From the NCBI GenBank assembly GCA_963771355.1, contig CAVYTA010000006.1, forward strand, positions 416,001 to 480,000: 64,000 nucleotides of DNA, read 5' to 3'. The position numbers and the translations under genes are program-made. Origin of the DNA: an uncultured Candidatus Rokubacteria bacterium (GTDB taxonomy: Bacteria; Methylomirabilota; Methylomirabilia; Rokubacteriales; CSP1-6). How positions within the stretch are numbered: position 1 is the stretch's first letter; every line of letters starts with the position of its first letter. The notes below the pieces were generated by a model. That model was not told the origin of the DNA, searched no databases, and worked only from the letters and a program-made list of their open reading frames with translations. This document shows positions 58,419 to 64,000 of this stretch, piece by piece.

Positions 58419-59447
58419 TCACTCGTTGAGGAGGTCCTTGATCGCGTCCATCACCGGATTGGCGCCCGAGGGCTTCGGCGTGGCGGCGGGCTGGCCGCCC
58501 GGCTTGCGCAGGTACTTCGCGACGCAGTCGTACTGTTCCCAGCCCTTGAGGGGGGCGTCCAGGTCCACCGACTTCCACTTCGGGTGGCCGTTCCTCACCA
58601 GCCACGCGAGGTTGGTCGAGATGGACTGCGCGAATTGCCCGATGACATCGCAGTCCTTCCGCCGGAAGTCGAACGAGATCATCACCGCCTTCACCGCCAC
58701 CGTGCTCAGCACCTGCGGCTGCCACGGGTAGGTGCGGGCCGGAATCTCGGCGCGGGTGTAGAACTCGGTGATGCTCTTGTTCGTGATCGGGAGCAGGGCG
58801 AGCCCGTCCGCCTCGGTCACTCCCTCGCTGAGCAGCTTCACGGGATAGCCGGCCACGTAGAACATGGCGTCGATGCGTCCGGCCTTCAGCTCGGCCAGCG
58901 CCTCATCGGTGTCGATGAGGACCATCTCCTTCGGCACCACGTCGGACACCTTGAACAGGAGCCGCGCGGTCAGGTAGGTCCCGCTCCCTTCCCGGCCGAT
59001 GGCCACACGCCGGTCGGTGAGGTCGTCGAAGTCGGTGATCTCCTTCCGCCCGAGCAGGTGGATCTCCTCGTTGTAGAGGGGAAACACCATCTTGGTCTTC
59101 TTGGCGATGCGCTTGAGCACCGGATCCGACTGGACGCGGGCCACGAAGGCGAGCACGTCCGACTGGACGATGCCCAGCTGGGTATTGGGCTTCTGATATA
59201 CCGCGAACACGTTTTCGATGGAGCCCTTGGAGGTGACGACGGAGAGGTCGACTCCCGTCTGCTTGCCGAGTCGCTGGAGATTCAGACCGAACTGGTAGTA
59301 GGTACCCCGCTCGCCTCCGGTGGTGATGCCGAGCTCGTTCGCGGCGCCCGCGGAGCCGGTCGCGACCAGGATCAGGGTGAGGCAGGCCAGGGTGATGCGG
59401 CTCAAGACGATGACGCAGCAATACTGTGCTGTCACTCGGTGAATCAT
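58419..59447 (-). CDS. TAXI family TRAP transporter solute-binding subunit
   Basis: TGGERGTYY, SKGSIEN, GIVQSDV, LYNEEIHL and GSGT motifs. Confidence 0.88.
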   Translation of the reverse strand: MIHRVTAQYCCVIVLSRITLACLTLILVATGSAGAANELGITTGGERGTYYQFGLNLQRLGKQTGVDLSVVTSKGSIENVFAVYQKPNTQLGIVQSDVLAFVARVQSDPVLKRIAKKTKMVFPLYNEEIHLLGRKEITDFDDLTDRRVAIGREGSGTYLTARLLFKVSDVVPKEMVLIDTDEALAELKAGRIDAMFYVAGYPVKLLSEGVTEADGLALLPITNKSITEFYTRAEIPARTYPWQPQVLSTVAVKAVMISFDFRRKDCDVIGQFAQSISTNLAWLVRNGHPKWKSVDLDAPLKGWEQYDCVAKYLRKPGGQPAATPKPSGANPVMDAIKDLLNE

Positions 59448-59702
59448 GACATCCTCCTCGTTGCGACGGGACTTACCTCCCGCGGGTGCGGTGGCGCAGG
59501 ATAGGAGGATAGATGTGAGACTGTCAAGGGGGCCTTACATCAAGAACTGTCGGAAACATTGCCTTTTTGAGGGATGCGCAGGACTTACCGTCAGATAACT
59601 AGCTGAATTAATTGACAAGTTATAATCAGCACGGAACGTGCATATAACCCGTCCGAGCCGACCGACCGATGACTCTCATGCGAATTACCTGTCGGCAGAA
59701 GA

Positions 59703-59732
59703 TTGACATCAAAACCCCCTGCAGATTAGGGT
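59703..59732 (+). promoter_or_regulatory. Putative sigma70 promoter for the peptide operon
   Basis: TTGACA (59703) - 18 nt - TAGGGT (59727), then AGGAG and ATG 59750. Confidence 0.45.
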
Positions 59733-59749
59733 GGTAGGAGCCGAAGGAC

Positions 59750-59971
59750 ATGAGCGAGCACAAGCCAGAGTCAAACGAGATTCGACGCGTCGCCGCCGAC
59801 AAGACGGGCGACAAGGCGTCCTCGCCCAGCCGCCGGCGGGCCCTCAAGGCCGCGCTGGCTGCGACCCCCATCATCATGTCGATCAAGAGTCGGCCCGCCT
59901 TCGCGGGCCCCGCCTGCGATCAGGCTACGACCAGCTGCCAGCAATCCTCCCGTCTGTCCAGTGTCCACTAG
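59750..59971 (+). CDS. Putative RiPP precursor / Tat-like small peptide (73 aa)
   Basis: SD; SRRRALK..PAFA|GPACDQATTSCQQSSRLSSVH; lies immediately upstream of PqqD/RRE and kinase genes. Confidence 0.7.
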   Translation: MSEHKPESNEIRRVAADKTGDKASSPSRRRALKAALAATPIIMSIKSRPAFAGPACDQATTSCQQSSRLSSVH

Positions 59972-60023
59972 GCCGTAAGAAGAAGTAAGCGAAGGTCGCC
60001 CCGTCCCACCCTCCTCACCCCGG

Positions 60024-60332
60024 ATTCTCTCGGCTCCACCCGATTCCTCCGAAACGAGCTGGCAGCTGGCCGAGGGCTGTCGTCTGCACTGGAAGGCCTG
60101 GGACGACGAGTTCGTGATCTTCGACGAAGGCTCGGGTGATACGCACCTGCTCGACCCGCTGGCCGCCGAGTTCCTGAAGGTCCTCGAAGAGTCGCCGGGG
60201 GAGGTGCCCGGCCTCGCCCGTCGGCTCGGGGCGCGGCTCGATCTTGCGCGCGACGCCGATCTCACCCGGCGCGTGCGCGAGCTGGTGGAGCGGTTCGTCG
60301 CCGTCGGCCTGGTGGAAGCCGCGCATCCGTGA
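60024..60332 (+). CDS. PqqD family / RiPP recognition element protein (HPr-rel-A system type); start uncertain
   Basis: In-frame WQLAEGCRLHWKAWDDEFVIFDEGSGDTHLLDPLAAEFL..RELVERFVAVGLV; frame open from 59979, first canonical start only at 60114. Confidence 0.8.
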   Translation: MLSAPPDSSETSWQLAEGCRLHWKAWDDEFVIFDEGSGDTHLLDPLAAEFLKVLEESPGEVPGLARRLGARLDLARDADLTRRVRELVERFVAVGLVEAAHP

Positions 60333-61247
60333 AGCTGGGTGCGCTGACCCTCCCCGAGCTCACCGCGCGGCTCGCGCGCGGCGGCCTCGACATGGACACC
60401 GGGCCGTTCGTGGTGCGCATCGAGACGGAGATCCCCGCGCTCGCCGAGGAGATCCATCTCCTCTACGGCGATTTCTCCGTGGACGAGGGCGGTGGCCTGG
60501 CCGACTTCCACGTGTCGGTCCGCCGCCCGGCGGGACCGCTCGGGTTACGCCGGTGGTGGCGTCAACAGGTCAAGGTCTATCTCGATGAGGCGCGTCCCTT
60601 CGAGCCCCTGCCCATTGACATGGCGGTGCCGGTGCTGGAGTGGAGCATCAACTGGTGCGCCGCCACCCAGGCCAATCAGTACGTGATGATCCACGCCGCG
60701 GTGCTCGAGCGCGACCGGCGGGTCCTCGTGTTGCCCGGCGTCAGCGGAGCTGGCAAGAGCACGTTGTGCGCGGGCCTGGCCCTGCGAGGCTGGCGGCTCT
60801 TCTCGGACGAGTTCGCCCTGATTCGTCCGGCCGACGGGCAGGTAGATCCATGGCCGCGGCCCATCAGCCTCAAGAACGACTCCATCGAGGTGATCCGACG
60901 ATGGGCTCCCGACTCGCGCCTGAGCACGCTCGTGCCCAATACCAAGAAGGGCACGATGGCGCACCTGCGCCCGCCCGCCGGGAGTGTCGAGCGGGTGGGG
61001 GAGCCGGCGATGCCGGCGTGGATCGTGTTCCCCACCTTCGCGCGCGAGGCGGCGCCGCAGCTCGACTCGCCTGCCGCGCGCCCGCGCCTTCTTCAAGCTC
61101 GCTGACTGCTCGTTCAACTACGAGTCCCTCGGCCTTCGAGGCTTCACCACGCTTTCGCGTATGATCGACGGGTGCGACGCCTACGAGTTCACCTACTCGA
61201 GCCTCGAGGACGCCCAGAGCCTGCTCGGCGCGCTGCCGCTGCCCTAG
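60329..61247 (+). CDS. HPr kinase-related kinase (HprK-related kinase A type); apparent +1 frameshift at ~61064
   Basis: IHAAVL, Walker A GVSGAGKST, FSDEFAL and PRPISLKN; C-terminus RARAFFKLADCSFNY..YSSLEDA in the next frame. Confidence 0.85.
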
Positions 61248-61260
61248 GGTCGGCCTCCTG

Positions 61261-62331
61261 ATGGACCGCGCGTTGCTTCTCCGCGCGCTCCGCGAGCCCG
61301 CGTCGATGGGCGGCCTGGCGCCCGCCGAGTGGGACGTCCTCCTCCGCCAGGGCCGGCACATGGGCGCGCTCGGCCGTCTCTGCGCCCTCGCCGCGGCGGC
61401 CGGCGTGCTGCCCGCGGTGCCGTCCCGGGTGCGCGTGCGCCTGGAGGCGGCGCTGGAAGACGTGGAGCAGCAGCACCGGCTCATCCGGTGGGAAGTCATC
61501 CGCCTCCGCCGAGCGCTGGTCGGGACCGGCGTGCCCCTCGTGCTGCTCAAGGGCGCCGCGTATCTCCACGCCGGGCTGCCAGCCTCACGCGGCCGCCAGT
61601 TCTCGGATGTCGACATCCTGGTGCCGCGCGCGAGCCTCCACGAGGTCGAGGCTGCCCTGCTCCGCGAAGGCTGGAAAATGGAAGAGATCAGCGCGTACGA
61701 CGAGCGCTACTACCGGGAATGGTCACACGAGCTTCCGCCGCTGGTGCACCCGAAGCGGCACGTGATGCTGGACGTGCATCACAATATCCTGCCGCCGACC
61801 GGGCGGCTGCGACCGGATCCGCGGCGGCTGCTGGAGGCGACGGTCCCCGTCGCGGCGGACGGACTCCGGGTGCTCGGGCCCGCGGACATGGTGCTGCACA
61901 GCGCCTGCCACCTCCTCCAGTCGGGCGAGCACGACAAGAGCCTGCGCGACCTCGGGGACCTGGACGCGCTGATACGGCAGTTCGCCGCCGCACCGCGCTT
62001 CGGTGACGAGCTGGCCGCGCGCGCGGCCGCCCTCGACCTCGAGCGGCCGCTCTACTACGCGCTGCGCTTCGCCGCGCAGCTGATCGGCACGCCGATTCCC
62101 GAGGCCAGTGCCCGCGCCGTCCGACACGCGGCGCCCCCCGCCCCCGTTCGCGCGGCCATGGACCGTCTCTTCGCAGCCACCATCCAGCCCGCACCTCCAC
62201 TGGATCCGCCGGGTCGCGTCAGGCTGGCGCGGGCGGTGCTGACGGCTCGTTACCACTGGCTGCGCATGCCCCCCTCGCTCCTTGTCCGTCATCTCGCGCA
62301 CAAGATCGGAGGAAGGAGGAAACGCGGGTGA
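61261..62331 (+). CDS. Nucleotidyltransferase family protein (NTP_transf_5-like)
   Basis: LLKGAAY, RQFSDVDILV, DVHH and LRDLGDLD motifs. Confidence 0.88.
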   Translation: MDRALLLRALREPASMGGLAPAEWDVLLRQGRHMGALGRLCALAAAAGVLPAVPSRVRVRLEAALEDVEQQHRLIRWEVIRLRRALVGTGVPLVLLKGAAYLHAGLPASRGRQFSDVDILVPRASLHEVEAALLREGWKMEEISAYDERYYREWSHELPPLVHPKRHVMLDVHHNILPPTGRLRPDPRRLLEATVPVAADGLRVLGPADMVLHSACHLLQSGEHDKSLRDLGDLDALIRQFAAAPRFGDELAARAAALDLERPLYYALRFAAQLIGTPIPEASARAVRHAAPPAPVRAAMDRLFAATIQPAPPLDPPGRVRLARAVLTARYHWLRMPPSLLVRHLAHKIGGRRKRG

Positions 62332-63392
62332 GGAGGCGCCGGCCCCGTCCGTGGCGCCGCGGGCTGCCGGGGCTGGTGGCGCTGGGCGCGGCGATGGCAC
62401 TGACCGCGTGCAGCGGGCTTCCCTGCCGCCTCGGCGCGCCCGCGGAGTTCGTCTCCCTCGGCAAGAATCCCTTCGCCGCCGCGCAGCCCACGCCGGTGGG
62501 CCGATACCTCCATACCCTCGAGGGCTGGCAAGGCGAGCTCTACATGGGCTATGGCGACTACGACGAGAATACCGGGCCCATCGAGGTGTCCGCATACAAC
62601 CCGCGGTGGAGCTCCTACGGCACCAAGCTCCGCTTTCCCACGGAGGCGATCGAGCTCTTTCGCCCCATCGGTGACCGTCTCTACGCGCCCGCCATCGATC
62701 CCCGCGGCGATGGGCCTTCCGCCGCCGTCGCCGTCGGCGAGCCGGACGGCCGCTGGTCCAACAACAAGGACGTGTGGATGACACACGTCTTCGATGTCGC
62801 CACCTTCGACGGGACTGACCTCTGGCTCGTCGGCTCGCGCAAGACTCAGGCGATCGCGGTGCGCAGCCGGGACGGCGGGCGCACATGGGAAACGGCGCTC
62901 GCGCTCGAGCCCCGGGGCGCCGACGGTGACTTTGCCCGCTTTCATTTCGTGTTCGTGCACGGCGGCCGCCTCTACGTCCAGGCGCAGGACCGGCGGGGCG
63001 GGATGTTCCCTCGCTCGAACGCCTTCGACGGCAACGGCTGGACGGACGGGCCCAATCTCCGGCCCATCCCGAACACGGGGGCCAAGCCCCTGGCCGTCGC
63101 GGGCGAGACCGTCTACTTCGGCGCCCGCGGCATCATGGCCTTCGATGGGCGCGCCGTCCGGCTCGCGCGGCCGCCCCAGACCCGCATCCACGATCTCGTC
63201 GTCGCCGAGGGGATCCTCTACGTGCTCGATGGGCGAGAAGTGCTCGGCACTCAGGATCTCGCGTGGTGGATCCCGGTGGCCACCGCGCCCGCCGGGACCA
63301 CGAGCATCGGCGTCCTGGACGGGTATCTCTACGCGGGCACCGTGGAGTCCGAGCTCTTTCGCTACTGCCGGCCGGTCCGCCCCCTTCGGTGA
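62328..63392 (+). CDS. Putative lipoprotein, beta-propeller-like
   Basis: GTGA overlap with the nucleotidyltransferase gene; lipobox LTAC; Asp-box SRDGGRTW; repeated G.LY strands. Confidence 0.65.
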   Translation: MRRRRPRPWRRGLPGLVALGAAMALTACSGLPCRLGAPAEFVSLGKNPFAAAQPTPVGRYLHTLEGWQGELYMGYGDYDENTGPIEVSAYNPRWSSYGTKLRFPTEAIELFRPIGDRLYAPAIDPRGDGPSAAVAVGEPDGRWSNNKDVWMTHVFDVATFDGTDLWLVGSRKTQAIAVRSRDGGRTWETALALEPRGADGDFARFHFVFVHGGRLYVQAQDRRGGMFPRSNAFDGNGWTDGPNLRPIPNTGAKPLAVAGETVYFGARGIMAFDGRAVRLARPPQTRIHDLVVAEGILYVLDGREVLGTQDLAWWIPVATAPAGTTSIGVLDGYLYAGTVESELFRYCRPVRPLR

Positions 63393-63432
63393 GGCGGAGG
63401 CGCCGAGAGGGCGGGGCCGGGAGCCGGCGCGA

Positions 63433-64000
63433 TCACCGCCGGTGGCCGGCGAACGGGTGCGTGCTGGACAGCCCGCCGTCCACCGCGAAGGCCTGGCCGT
63501 TGACGTAGGAGGACTCGTCGCCGGCCAGGAACAGCGCGGCGGCCGCGATCTCGTCGGGACGGCCGTGTCGCTGCAGGGGATTGAGCTGGCCGATCCGTGC
63601 CTCGGTGCCGCGCGCGCGGGCCCGATCGAAGATGAGGCGGGTCATGCCCGTCTCGATGAGCCCGGGGCAGATGGCGTTGACCCGGACGCCGGTGCCACTG
63701 AGCGCGTTGGCGGCGGTCTGAACGAGACTCACCACCCCCGCCTTGCTCGCCGAGTACGGGCTGCCGCCCGCGTTGGCGCGCAGCGCCGCCACCGACGCGG
63801 TGCACACGATGGAGCCGCCGCCCTGGGCGATCATGGCGGGCGCCGCGTGCTTGATCATGAGCCAGGGCCCGATGAGGTTGACGCGCAGGATCTCGTGCCA
63901 CTGCTCCACCGTCTGCTCGAGGAGCGGGATGCGCCCGCCGCTCACCCCGGCATTGGCGAACACCGCGTCCACGCCGCCCCACTCCGCCACGCAGCGTCCG
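63433..64000 (-). CDS. SDR family oxidoreductase (5' end outside the window)
   Basis: [17 protein letters not shown] and VDGG motifs. Confidence 0.9.
   Translation of the reverse strand, partial: GRCVAEWGGVDAVFANAGVSGGRIPLLEQTVEQWHEILRVNLIGPWLMIKHAAPAMIAQGGGSIVCTASVAALRANAGGSPYSASKAGVVSLVQTAANALSGTGVRVNAICPGLIETGMTRLIFDRARARGTEARIGQLNPLQRHGRPDEIAAAALFLAGDESSYVNGQAFAVDGGLSSTHPFAGHRR

Noticed and set aside
59612..59626. TTGACA + TATAAT as a sigma70 promoter
   Set aside because: The boxes are only 3 nt apart, which cannot form one promoter.
60024..60332. PQQ biosynthesis
   Set aside because: No pqqA (ExxxY motif), pqqB, pqqC or pqqE nearby.
59750..62331. Canonical lasso peptide cluster
   Set aside because: No asparagine-synthetase-like cyclase or B2 peptidase; the core Asp is at position 5 rather than 7-9, and there is no Thr at -2 of the predicted core.
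1..64000. Numerous long antisense or alternate-frame ORFs rich in Arg/Ala/Gly/Pro
   Set aside because: Expected shadow ORFs in high-GC DNA; they overlap motif-supported genes and lack recognisable motifs.
1..64000. Prophage, IS elements or anti-phage defence island
   Set aside because: No integrase, transposase, phage structural or recognisable defence genes; the patatin here is a lipoprotein with no CD-NTase partner.

Overview
High-GC bacterial genomic window, densely coding (about 65 CDS), with no rRNA, tRNA, CRISPR array or mobile element recognised. Most genes are catabolic or transport genes: stand-alone ABC/TRAP solute-binding proteins, SDRs, amidohydrolases, TauD/Rieske/LigAB oxygenases, a CoA-transferase and an aldehyde:ferredoxin oxidoreductase. 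This gene mix resembles Ca. Rokubacteria/Methylomirabilota soil genomes (inference, not tested). Four genes carry apparent single-base insertions, probably sequencing errors. Two loci stand out. (1) 51743-53959: an ECF sigma factor coupled to a ZAS anti-sigma / Ogt methyltransferase / Ada-type Zn-finger fusion, with the same bipartite motif (TTTCAC-N13-CGGTGTCTCAT) upstream of the sigma gene and upstream of two small downstream genes. This is a candidate alkylation-sensing sigma switch with a mini-regulon. (2) 59750-63392: a RiPP-like operon with a Tat-like Ser/Thr/Cys-rich precursor, PqqD/RRE, HPr-kinase-related kinase, nucleotidyltransferase and lipoprotein, but no lasso cyclase or peptidase. 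It is divergent from a TAXI binding protein and a membrane pseudokinase. Also noted: a ~160-nt structured leader upstream of a thioredoxin-like gene, and repeated leaderless-type starts. All calls come from motif reading only; no database searches were run.
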